Of a stretch of DNA of 55,837 bases, positions 18,417 to 26,854 are shown piece by piece. Position 1 is the first letter of the stretch. Each line of letters begins with the position of its first letter. Both the position numbers and the translations under genes were made by a program. Origin of the DNA: an uncultured Bacteroidales bacterium (lineage in GTDB: Bacteria; Bacteroidota; Bacteroidia; Bacteroidales; UBA932); contig CAMZIP010000001.1 in the NCBI GenBank assembly GCA_947307265.1, positions 1-55,837 of the forward strand, in the 5' to 3' direction. The notes beneath the pieces are model-generated. The model was not told the DNA's origin, made no database searches, and saw nothing but the letters and a program-made list of their open reading frames with translations.

Positions 18417-19854
18417 AGCCTATCGTTATTATAGTTGAATTCAACGTACCTGCCCCGTCTGAGACAAGGAGAGTGACGCGCGACGTACCTCCGGTAAATG
18501 TCGAAGGAGATGTGATGACCAACTTGCCGCGGCGGTAGTTTTCTGCCTGAATCCAGGCTGTGAAACCGTTTTCGGCCACGGGAAGTATCTGCGTATTCTC
18601 GTCAGCCTCTGCGATGTAGTAGTTGAGCGAAACTGTCTCGCCGCCCACCATCTGGACGGACGGTTCGATGTTTATCGTAAAACCGGGGAATCGCGGAATG
18701 AGAACCGACTCGCCGTTGACCGTAATCTGGTAATAACGCGAACCGTATTCCGTAACTGCGGAAACCGGGTTTTCGGGGACATCTGTCTGTGCGACAACCT
18801 TCTCTCCGTCAACGGTCAGCCATTCATAGGTCTTGCCGCCGTCATAACTCACCGTCCAGTAGTAGATATTGTCATCGTCGCGCTCCAGACCGATCTTCGG
18901 GATGAAGACCTGCGGTGCATCTGCGCGAACCCGTTCTCCGTCAACCCTGAGCCACTCGAACGTGCCTGCATCCGGATCGGTGACTATCCAGTAATATACA
19001 CCTCCGTCGGCTGCGGCCGTTATCTGGGGCATCTTGCGGTTGGTACCGTTGTAGAATGCCAGGGTGCGGCCGTCTGAGAGATACAGCCTGTAGCCTATCA
19101 CCTTTCCGCCTGAAATGATGGAAGAAATGGACTTGGCATAAACCAGTGCATTGTAAACGTCGTAGAGTGATTTGAGGGATTCCAGATTGTTGTTGGCATT
19201 ATCCATATCCGTCACTATCTGGCGGTACATATCCGCCGTAGGCAGATTGACCTGGACTCCGTCAAGGAAAGTAATCTTTACATATCCGTTCTCCGTCGTG
19301 ACGTCAAAGACGAAGGCGGTACCGGATTTGCCCGTAGCGGGGCCTAAATAGACCCAATCGCGGCCTTCATTGTATGAGACATACCAATTGCCGTCCAGAA
19401 TCTTTACGCGCGGAGAAATGGCCGTAGCGGCGACTTTCTGGCCCGTGTCGGGCAGCAGGATGAAATCACCCTCGCCGTCTCCGTATGAAACGGCCCAGTA
19501 GAACAGTCCGTCATCACCCTGTTTGAAGCAAAGAATCGGCGTATCGCCGTCCGTACCGTTGGTAAGAGTGATTTTACCGCTCTTCTCGAAGGTAATCTCG
19601 TATGATATGATTTCGCCTTCGGCATCGAAGACAGGCTTCACGTCCTGGACGAAATCGCTTTTTTCAACTATGTTCTCGACTATGACGCGCAGGCCTTCGA
19701 GAGTGGAATTGTAATTTGCCACATACTCCTCCAGCGTCCTGATGCGGCGGTCAAGCATCGTCAATTCGCTGTCAAACCTGTCGAGGCAACCGCCGGCAAA
19801 TGTGATTGTCAGCAGGAGCGCAAATATCCGGAAAAATCTCTTCATCATTTTCAT
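18406..19854 (-). CDS. Coiled-coil surface lipoprotein, paralog 2 of 3
   Basis: Opens MKMMKRFFRIFALLLTITFAGGC, followed by a coiled coil (LTMLDRRIRTLEEYVANYNSTLEGLRVIVENI). It then reads TLTNGTDGDTPIL...FYWAVSY, then VYYWIV...WLRVDGERV and IYYWTVSY...WLTVDGEKV. There is an ATGA overlap with the upstream paralog. Confidence 0.8.
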   Translation of the reverse strand: MKMMKRFFRIFALLLTITFAGGCLDRFDSELTMLDRRIRTLEEYVANYNSTLEGLRVIVENIVEKSDFVQDVKPVFDAEGEIISYEITFEKSGKITLTNGTDGDTPILCFKQGDDGLFYWAVSYGDGEGDFILLPDTGQKVAATAISPRVKILDGNWYVSYNEGRDWVYLGPATGKSGTAFVFDVTTENGYVKITFLDGVQVNLPTADMYRQIVTDMDNANNNLESLKSLYDVYNALVYAKSISSIISGGKVIGYRLYLSDGRTLAFYNGTNRKMPQITAAADGGVYYWIVTDPDAGTFEWLRVDGERVRADAPQVFIPKIGLERDDDNIYYWTVSYDGGKTYEWLTVDGEKVVAQTDVPENPVSAVTEYGSRYYQITVNGESVLIPRFPGFTINIEPSVQMVGGETVSLNYYIAEADENTQILPVAENGFTAWIQAENYRRGKLVITSPSTFTGGTSRVTLLVSDGAGTLNSTIITIGYGK

Positions 19855-21293
19855 AGCGGCCGGATATTAATGGTTTTGAGAACAGTGCGGGTACCGGTAT
19901 TGCAGATATTGAATACCAGTATCACCTGACCGGACGTAGAAGAGAATTCGGCAGGTGAATCTATTATGATGACCGGAGCGTTGGAATAATGCACACTGAA
20001 ACCGTCCTGCGTCATTGCAGAAACGGTCGTGGTGCGATTATCGTCGCCATAGACCTTATATGGCAGTGAAATCGATGCGCCGGGAGCCATCTCGATCTCG
20101 GTCTCTATCTCGACGGAGAATATACGCGGAAGGCGGTATATCTCGCCGGAAATCATCCGTACCGTAACCCAGACCGGATCTGACATATCCACGTCTGCGA
20201 AAATGGCGCCTGCGGCATCCAGAATTGCCTGGACACGCTGGCCGCTGCCATTTTCGTCGTATATGAATACCGGATCGGCATCGCCTATCTTGATCGTCCA
20301 ATAGTAATGACCGTCCTCGTCATCCTTCATCATCCCAATGACGGGAGTGGAAGCCTCATCGCTGACAGCCTGGATACGCATTCCCGTTGCATCCGTAATC
20401 CACTGGGGGAACTGGTCTCCGTATGCCATAGCCCAATAGTATTTACCGTCGGTGCTGTCTTCGAGGAGCGTAATGACAGGCACGTTGCTCTGGCGGACGC
20501 TGTAGATATCGCATTTGTCACCGTTGGACAGTTCGATATGCGTCGAAATGGTATCTTTTCCATCTACCGTCACCGAAATATCGGTAATGCTGATCCAGGA
20601 AGAAGCCATTGCACGCACCAGAACCGCCTGTGCCTCAGCATTGGCATTGATCTGGTCCAGCTGGGAACGCAGCGCGGAATAAACCGCAAACAGCGGCCAC
20701 TCGTACACGGTGCCGTTGCTCATTATCACGCGGACGGTCTCGGTGCCGACCTGGAAACTCTTGAACATCGCGTCGGCATCCTCGCCGGACGCAGGTCCGA
20801 GTTCCTCATAAGTCACGCCGTCATAGGTGATATACCAGGATTTGTTGCGGATGATGATATAGGGAACCTGTCCCATACAGGGAACGGGATTGCCGTTGGT
20901 ATCTTTCAGAAGCACCGGCTCGCCGCCATTGTAACTTACAGTCCAGTAATAAATGCCGTCCGAACCCTTGGTGGAGCCGACATAGGGCACCGAACCGGCG
21001 GTACCGTTGTACAGCGAAACCGGCTCACGATGAAGGAAGAAAATACGGTAACCTATCGTCTTGCCTGAATCATCTTTCAGCAGACTTGTCCCGGTCACCA
21101 TATCCTTTTCCTGCACGGCCTGCGCCATCGTCTTGATAGACATCAGGATGGCATTGTAGCGGCTGCACTGGGCTTCCAGCGAATCCACCCTTGCCGTCAT
21201 CTCGTCGATCCTCTCCCGGTAGCCGTTGTCGCAACCGGTAAAGGCCGCTGCTGAAAGCAGGATTATCACTATTGCCAGAAAAGCACGTCTCAT
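19851..21293 (-). CDS. Coiled-coil surface lipoprotein, paralog 1 of 3
   Basis: Opens MRRAFLAIVIILLSAAAFTGC, followed by a coiled coil (IDEMTARVDSLEAQCSRYNAILMSIKTMAQAVQ). It then reads LYNGTAGSVPYVG...IYYWTVSYNGG, and later KYYWAMAYG...WI and HYYWTIKIG units. Confidence 0.8.
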   Translation of the reverse strand: MRRAFLAIVIILLSAAAFTGCDNGYRERIDEMTARVDSLEAQCSRYNAILMSIKTMAQAVQEKDMVTGTSLLKDDSGKTIGYRIFFLHREPVSLYNGTAGSVPYVGSTKGSDGIYYWTVSYNGGEPVLLKDTNGNPVPCMGQVPYIIIRNKSWYITYDGVTYEELGPASGEDADAMFKSFQVGTETVRVIMSNGTVYEWPLFAVYSALRSQLDQINANAEAQAVLVRAMASSWISITDISVTVDGKDTISTHIELSNGDKCDIYSVRQSNVPVITLLEDSTDGKYYWAMAYGDQFPQWITDATGMRIQAVSDEASTPVIGMMKDDEDGHYYWTIKIGDADPVFIYDENGSGQRVQAILDAAGAIFADVDMSDPVWVTVRMISGEIYRLPRIFSVEIETEIEMAPGASISLPYKVYGDDNRTTTVSAMTQDGFSVHYSNAPVIIIDSPAEFSSTSGQVILVFNICNTGTRTVLKTINIRPL

Positions 21294-21314
21294 ATATTGA
21301 TTACGTTATTTCTT

Positions 21315-22463
21315 TTAGAAAAATACTCCGGTATGAACATAAAATATGCCGCTGCCGGTATTGTGCCTGCTGTCTTCTGCGCGAAGCGGCTTGACGTATT
21401 CGAACGTGAACGCCGTTCCGCCCGGAAGATGGATGTGTATGCCGGCACCTGCGGACAGGTGCATTTTCTCATTGGTAAATGACTGCGCTGCAAACGGCAA
21501 CAGCACGCGGCCGCCGTCGAAGATACCGCAGGGCACCAGACGGAAATAATCTGAGCCAAGAGGGAGGCGCAGTACCTCGAACCGAAGTTCGGAATTGAAA
21601 AACGCCACGCTGCGGCCCTGAATGCGGTTGCGGAGAATACCGCGCACGCGTCCCGAGGACAGGATATCATCGTAAGGAAGCGCGTAGAATGCAGGGTCCT
21701 TGAGAAATCCTTCCGCCTGCAGGCGATATGCCAGCACGAGGCGGTCCGAAACAAGCGGCAGCCAGTGCGAGAACATTCCCTTGTAGCCCATAAATTCGTG
21801 GCTCGTGCCGAGTAATGTGGGTGCATACCTGAACTCAGCATCTGCCTTGACGCCGGACGTGGTATATTCGTCATCATTGCGCAAATCCAGATCGAAACCG
21901 GCGTGCAGCATACTGATTATGCCTCCGTCCGCATCATCGGGAATGATAGTTCCGCTTGCCACGAGCATATCGTAGAGAGTCGGAATATCTCCTTCCTTGC
22001 CGGTAAAATGGCCCGTTTTGAGGTAACGGAATTCATAACCGGCTTTCCAGCGCAGGTCGCGCCAGATCGGGCCCGTCAGATCCACTGAGACATTTGCAGT
22101 ATTGCGGTTGATCTTGTAATAATCATCGTTATACACGGCAAAAGCATCGGTATCGTAGCCGTTGAAGCCGTAGAAAAACTCTCCTTTCTCACGGAAATAG
22201 CCGCCGTTGACCGCCAGATCTATCCCGACTTCCGGGAATATTTTGGTGTATCTCACCTGCGCAAGGGCGCTGCCGCTGGTAAATGCGGAGGCACCTAAAT
22301 AGAACGATGACGCCGAGGGAGTATGGTCATATTGGAGTTCCGCTCCGTAGCGGAGTTTGTTGTGCGAATCGTAAGACAGAATAATGCCGGTATGCAGCCG
22401 GGCATATGAATAGCCGGCTGTCGCGAGAAGCAGCATTATACCAGTAAGCAGTCTTTTCATCAT
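21315..22463 (-). CDS. Omp85/BamA-TamA-family outer-membrane beta-barrel with no POTRA domains
   Basis: ORF 21315..22487 (TTG) trimmed to the ATG at 22463 (MMKRLLTGIMLLLATAGYSYA). It has an Omp85 L6-loop-type motif (RVRGILRNRIQGRSVAFFNSELRF) and the C-terminal beta-signal ...GIFYVHTGVFF. At 382 aa there is no room for POTRA repeats. Confidence 0.75.
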   Translation of the reverse strand: MMKRLLTGIMLLLATAGYSYARLHTGIILSYDSHNKLRYGAELQYDHTPSASSFYLGASAFTSGSALAQVRYTKIFPEVGIDLAVNGGYFREKGEFFYGFNGYDTDAFAVYNDDYYKINRNTANVSVDLTGPIWRDLRWKAGYEFRYLKTGHFTGKEGDIPTLYDMLVASGTIIPDDADGGIISMLHAGFDLDLRNDDEYTTSGVKADAEFRYAPTLLGTSHEFMGYKGMFSHWLPLVSDRLVLAYRLQAEGFLKDPAFYALPYDDILSSGRVRGILRNRIQGRSVAFFNSELRFEVLRLPLGSDYFRLVPCGIFDGGRVLLPFAAQSFTNEKMHLSAGAGIHIHLPGGTAFTFEYVKPLRAEDSRHNTGSGIFYVHTGVFF

Positions 22464-22526
22464 ATAATAAGATGCACTGCGCAACAACTTTGTTGCAAAT
22501 CAGGGCTGCAAGGTAGCAAAAATTGT

Positions 22527-22534
22527 TAAATTTG
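22527..22534 (+). promoter_or_regulatory. -7 box TAAATTTG for the EEP gene
   Basis: TAAATTTG lies 5 nt upstream of the ATG at 22540. Confidence 0.45.
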
Positions 22535-22539
22535 CAGAT

Positions 22540-23499
22540 ATGGCCTACACGATTATGTTCTGGAACGTAGAGAACCTCTACGATACGCTGGACGACCCTG
22601 AGAGAGATTACAATGCCTTCACGCCTACCGGAGAAGCCCGGTGGACAATAGATAAGTATAACAGGAGACTGGACAACCTGAGCCAGGTTTTCTCCGCAAT
22701 TTCAGATGCTCACGGCGGGTTTCCGATCCTCGTAGGACTTTCGGAAGTCGAGAACGGCTCCGTACTCAGGGCCCTGATCGGCAGGAAGAGGTTTTCAGGC
22801 AGCCATTACAAGTACATCCATTATGAATCGGCCGACACCCGCGGGGTGGACTGCGGCCTGCTCTACCGCAGCGACAAGTTCAAACTAATCGGCAGCGAAC
22901 CGGTGAAACTGGTGCTTCGCAGCGGTCGCCCTTACTGCGGCCGGGATATCCTCGCAGCCTGGGGGCGGCTGGACAACGAGATCGTCATCGTGTATGTCTG
23001 CCATTTCCTGTCGCGTCGCGCAGGAGTCAATGCATCGGCAGGATTTCGCCGCGCAGGCGCAGAAACGGTCCGCGACCACGCACAGCAGATGCGCGAGATT
23101 TATCCGGATGCAAAAGTCATCATAATGGGCGATATGAACGATTCTCCACGCGACGAATCGCTTGCCGAGCTGCTTCGCGCAAGGCGCAACATCCATACTA
23201 TCGAGCCGGGCGAGTATTTCAATCCGTTCTGGCAGTTGCTGGACGAAGGCAAGGGCACGAGCGTCTATGGCAACCGCTGGGTACTGTACGACAATATCAT
23301 CGTCAGCTCCAATATGCTTGACACCCTGCCCGATACCCACGGCCTGCATATCGTCAAGTGCGATCCCGATCATTACGGGGAAATCTTCCGCCGCCCGTTT
23401 ATGATGCAGAAGGGCCATCCCCGGCGGGCCTTCAACGGGCATTCGTTCCAGGACGGATTCAGCGACCATCTTCCAGTCATCATCCGTATCAGCCGATAA
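22540..23499 (+). CDS. Endonuclease/exonuclease/phosphatase (EEP) family protein
   Basis: The N-terminus is FWNVENLYD, there is an internal IIMGDMNDSPRD, and the C-terminus is FSDHLPVIIRI. These are the hallmark EEP catalytic motifs. No signal peptide is visible. Confidence 0.85.
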   Translation: MAYTIMFWNVENLYDTLDDPERDYNAFTPTGEARWTIDKYNRRLDNLSQVFSAISDAHGGFPILVGLSEVENGSVLRALIGRKRFSGSHYKYIHYESADTRGVDCGLLYRSDKFKLIGSEPVKLVLRSGRPYCGRDILAAWGRLDNEIVIVYVCHFLSRRAGVNASAGFRRAGAETVRDHAQQMREIYPDAKVIIMGDMNDSPRDESLAELLRARRNIHTIEPGEYFNPFWQLLDEGKGTSVYGNRWVLYDNIIVSSNMLDTLPDTHGLHIVKCDPDHYGEIFRRPFMMQKGHPRRAFNGHSFQDGFSDHLPVIIRISR

Positions 23500-23511
23500 T
23501 CGTTACGACAT

Positions 23512-23552
23512 AAAAAAACCGGCGGGAATTGAATCCTGCCGGTCTCTTTTTA
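23512..23552. terminator. Bidirectional rho-independent terminator between convergent genes
   Basis: AAAAAAACCGGCGGGAATTGAATCCTGCCGGTCTCTTTTT. The stem is ACCGGC(G)GG paired with CC(T)GCCGGT, flanked by an A-run and a T-run. Confidence 0.7.
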
Positions 23553-23568
23553 TTCAGCCTTTAATGGC

Positions 23569-24939
23569 TTAGTTGGCCTGAATGACTTCAGTCACCTTGA
23601 CGAAGGTTGTCTCCTTCTTTGCAACGTGCTTCCAACGATAGTTGAGGACAAACTTCTCAGCCATAAAGTCGTAGTAGCTTTCTTCGTCGGGGTCAGCCTC
23701 CAGCGTAGCCGGAGAGTTGTTACGGGTACCCTTATCTGTGACAAGAATGTACTCGACCTTGTTGTGACGGAGATCATCACCTTCAATAACCCTCAGGCGC
23801 ATATACTTGTTGTTGTACGTGGTTGCCGAAGCAGCCGTAGCGGCAGCACCTGCGATGGTATTGTTGGTTGCAATCTGAAGTTCGATGATATCTGCTTCAT
23901 AACTGACCGGAGACTTCTTTGCAGCATAAGCCTGCGAACGGTTGGTCATTTCGGCTTCGACGACCATCGTGCTTGCGTAGTTCTTCTCGTAAATATTCTT
24001 CAACTCAACCTTGAGGAACAGCGAGGACTTCTCCGAATTGGGAGCATAAGCTGAAGTCGTGGTCATAGTGAGAGGAAGGATATATACCTTGCGGAACTCG
24101 AGCTGGGAACCGTCGATATGGACGTTAAGCAGAGGCAGGTCGTGGTCGTTCTTATAGACGAGCTGGCTGTCGAATGTCACAACCTCCTGCGGGAGAATGA
24201 GAGAATCCTTGTAAGCCGGCTTCATTGCCTCGGGATTGTAGGCGACATTGATGGTATAATTGCCGTCAGGAACGCCATAAGAAGCAATCTTGAACTGGCC
24301 GTCGAATGAACCTTCCATCTCTGTGGTACCCTTCTTTCTCTTGGCATAGACCTTGGCGCTGTTAAGAGCGGTGCTGTATTCGTTAGCCTTGAAGTAGAAA
24401 GTAGGCTCCTGGAAAACTATACCGTAGAGTGCTCCGTTGAGTTCTTCATCCGGATTGAGCACATACTTGGAAGTCGAGGTAAGTTTGACAGGGATGACAT
24501 ACAATTTGGCGGGGTCCAGACCTGCGGAACGGATTGCAGCGGTATTGAAGGTCACCGGAATGCTTGCGAGGTTTTCGCCTGCTGCAATGGTGACGCTCGT
24601 ACCGGAAATTGTATAGCAGTTATCGGGAAGTTTCTCTACCATACCTGCATACTGCTGGGTCTCGTCTGCGTTATAGGCATCGATGAGAGCCTGGTCAACT
24701 GCGAAGCCGACCTTGATCTCTTCCTTGCGGTATTCCGGACGGAGACCGGAAGCAAATACGCCGATAGATGACGAATATGTGCCGCCCTCATAGTCCCAGA
24801 CAATATTGGAAGTGTACCCGTGCTGGGGAAGGTAGATATACGCGTTCTCGTTGTCAGCCCATCTCTCCTCCGCCTTCTCGCAGGAGACGGCAGTAATGGC
24901 GAAGATGGCGATCAGTGCGGTAAATAAATACTTTTTCAT
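23569..24939 (-). CDS. DUF1735 (BT_3987-like)-type PUL-associated surface lipoprotein
   Basis: Opens MKKYLFTALIAIFAITAVSCEK (lipobox). It then has the typical DUF1735 segment VGFAVDQALIDAYNA...LPDNCYTISGTSVTIAAGENLASIPVTF...LYVIPVKLTSTS. It lies directly downstream of a SusD gene. Confidence 0.7.
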   Translation of the reverse strand: MKKYLFTALIAIFAITAVSCEKAEERWADNENAYIYLPQHGYTSNIVWDYEGGTYSSSIGVFASGLRPEYRKEEIKVGFAVDQALIDAYNADETQQYAGMVEKLPDNCYTISGTSVTIAAGENLASIPVTFNTAAIRSAGLDPAKLYVIPVKLTSTSKYVLNPDEELNGALYGIVFQEPTFYFKANEYSTALNSAKVYAKRKKGTTEMEGSFDGQFKIASYGVPDGNYTINVAYNPEAMKPAYKDSLILPQEVVTFDSQLVYKNDHDLPLLNVHIDGSQLEFRKVYILPLTMTTTSAYAPNSEKSSLFLKVELKNIYEKNYASTMVVEAEMTNRSQAYAAKKSPVSYEADIIELQIATNNTIAGAAATAASATTYNNKYMRLRVIEGDDLRHNKVEYILVTDKGTRNNSPATLEADPDEESYYDFMAEKFVLNYRWKHVAKKETTFVKVTEVIQAN

Positions 24940-24951
24940 AGCAGAAAGATA

Positions 24952-26847
24952 TTATTCCCAACCGGGGTTCTGATAGAATGCTTCGTGATCCTCGTACTTG
25001 ACGTACTCGGTGTAAGGAATCGGCCACCAGTACATACAGTCGCGCCAGACGCGGTCTTCGACCTTCTCGCGGACATATTCGAACTTGGTCGGCTTGCCGG
25101 ATGCGTTCCACGCAATAGGGATGACACGTACACCGTAGATAGGCTCTCCGAGTTTGTCGCCTTCCTTCCAACGGCGAAGGTCATAGAAGCGGTGACCCTC
25201 GAAGCAAAGTTCGATTGCACGCTCGTGGTGGATAACTTCACGCATCTGCTCCTGAGTAAGGGAACCTGAAATTGCAGGCATATTGACACGGCGGCGGATA
25301 AGGTTGATCATATCTGCTGCGGTCTCAAGCGGCTCCTCCCACTCCATCAACGGGCGGATACCACCCTTCGGATCGGGTTCATACGGACCGTATGCCTCGT
25401 TGAGGGCCTCTGCGTAGTTGAGAAGAAGTTCTGCGAAGCGGAACAGGATACGGCCGCGCTTTGCGGAAGTATAGTTACCGGACTTGTAAGAATAGACCTT
25501 CTCGGACAGGAACTTGCGGTAATAGTAACCGGTCTTGGTGGAGTTCTTGAGGGTAGGATCGCGGTGGATGCCGTAGGTGTGACCTTCGACAGCATCGTAA
25601 ACATCGATCGTATAAGCCTTCGAAGAGGACTCGCCCCAGGTGTAGCCATTGTAGAGGACCGAGCTGTAGAAACGGGGGTCACGCTTGTTGTTGGCGTACA
25701 TATTGGCGACGTGGGTAGGATTGTTCCAGTCGAAAGGAACAGCCTTGCCACCCTCGAGATACTCGAACATATCGACGAAGTTCTGGGTCGGGTTGTTGTA
25801 ACCGTAGCAGCCGTCGACACCTGCAGGGAGGTTATAGACCTCGTTGTAGATGGAACCGCTCGTGGTCTGGATGGTGCTCCAGATAACCTCGACGTTGTCC
25901 GTACCGGTCTTGAGACTGATCTCGTAACCATAGGTACCGGAAGCCGAATAAGGACGGCTGAAGTTGGTTACGGTAGCCAGATCGTAGAATTCGTTGAGGT
26001 CGATAGCCTCGCGTGCAGCATCTGCAGCAGCGATCCAGCGGTTGCGGTCACCGATCTCACCCTTTGCCAGACCGAAGTTCTTGAATTCGCCCTGATAAAG
26101 CGGAGAAGCATAGTAAAGCAGAACGCGGGACTTGAGAGCTGCAGCGGCCATCGAATTGGGACGGCCCCAGTTGTCCTCATCCCAGAGTGCGGGCAGCGAA
26201 TCGATTGCGCTGTCGCAGTCCTTGATGATCTGGGCGACGCACTCGTCCATAGTGTTGCGGCCGCGGTAGAGATCCTCATTGACCTCCTCGACCTTGGTCG
26301 AAATCACGTACGGACCATACTTGCTAAGCATATCGAATGCGAAGAATGCACGGTAGAAATAAGCCTGGCCCTTCCACCACGTGCGGTCGTAACGGCGCGT
26401 AGGGTCATTCAGGTCGTCGATGAGGACCGAATTGTCAACGTTTTCAAGGAACAGGTTTGCTTTACGGATTGCCATACAGGAATTGTAGTAAGGGCTCCTG
26501 CTGGTAATGCCGATGTACGAAGTACGATAGTAGATCGTAGGGATGTTTGCGGGGTTCCAGACACCGTTGGTGAACTTCTGGACACCTGCCGTAGGGAGCG
26601 AGTGCTCCATCTCGTCAGTCGCGCAACCCAGCATACCATAACTGCCGTAGACATCGCAGACACGCGGTGCCGGCATATGGTCCACGGGGATACCTTCGAG
26701 GATTCCCTTTGCATACTTGTAAAATCCCCAGACATCCTCCGAACCGCGGGCTGCATCCGGCGGCCACGGCTCCAGGAAGTCACGCTTGCAGGAAGAAAGC
26801 GACAAAACCGAAAGGCTGATCAAAACAGCTATAATAAACTTTTTCAT
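24952..26847 (-). CDS. SusD/RagB-family nutrient-binding lipoprotein (pair 1)
   Basis: Opens MKKFIIAVLISLSVLSLSSCKRDFLE and has RAFFAFDMLSKYGP, LLLNYAEALNE, ERAIELCFEGHRFYDLRRW, and the C-terminus YQNPGWE. Confidence 0.92.
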   Translation of the reverse strand: MKKFIIAVLISLSVLSLSSCKRDFLEPWPPDAARGSEDVWGFYKYAKGILEGIPVDHMPAPRVCDVYGSYGMLGCATDEMEHSLPTAGVQKFTNGVWNPANIPTIYYRTSYIGITSRSPYYNSCMAIRKANLFLENVDNSVLIDDLNDPTRRYDRTWWKGQAYFYRAFFAFDMLSKYGPYVISTKVEEVNEDLYRGRNTMDECVAQIIKDCDSAIDSLPALWDEDNWGRPNSMAAAALKSRVLLYYASPLYQGEFKNFGLAKGEIGDRNRWIAAADAAREAIDLNEFYDLATVTNFSRPYSASGTYGYEISLKTGTDNVEVIWSTIQTTSGSIYNEVYNLPAGVDGCYGYNNPTQNFVDMFEYLEGGKAVPFDWNNPTHVANMYANNKRDPRFYSSVLYNGYTWGESSSKAYTIDVYDAVEGHTYGIHRDPTLKNSTKTGYYYRKFLSEKVYSYKSGNYTSAKRGRILFRFAELLLNYAEALNEAYGPYEPDPKGGIRPLMEWEEPLETAADMINLIRRRVNMPAISGSLTQEQMREVIHHERAIELCFEGHRFYDLRRWKEGDKLGEPIYGVRVIPIAWNASGKPTKFEYVREKVEDRVWRDCMYWWPIPYTEYVKYEDHEAFYQNPGWE

Positions 26848-26854
26848 ACGCTTC

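Noticed and set aside
16809-21293. A diversity-generating retroelement or invertase-driven variation acting on the three paralogous lipoproteins
   Set aside because: The window has no reverse transcriptase, no template/variable repeat pair at the DNA level, no recombinase and no flanking long inverted repeats. The paralogs differ throughout rather than in a confined variable region.
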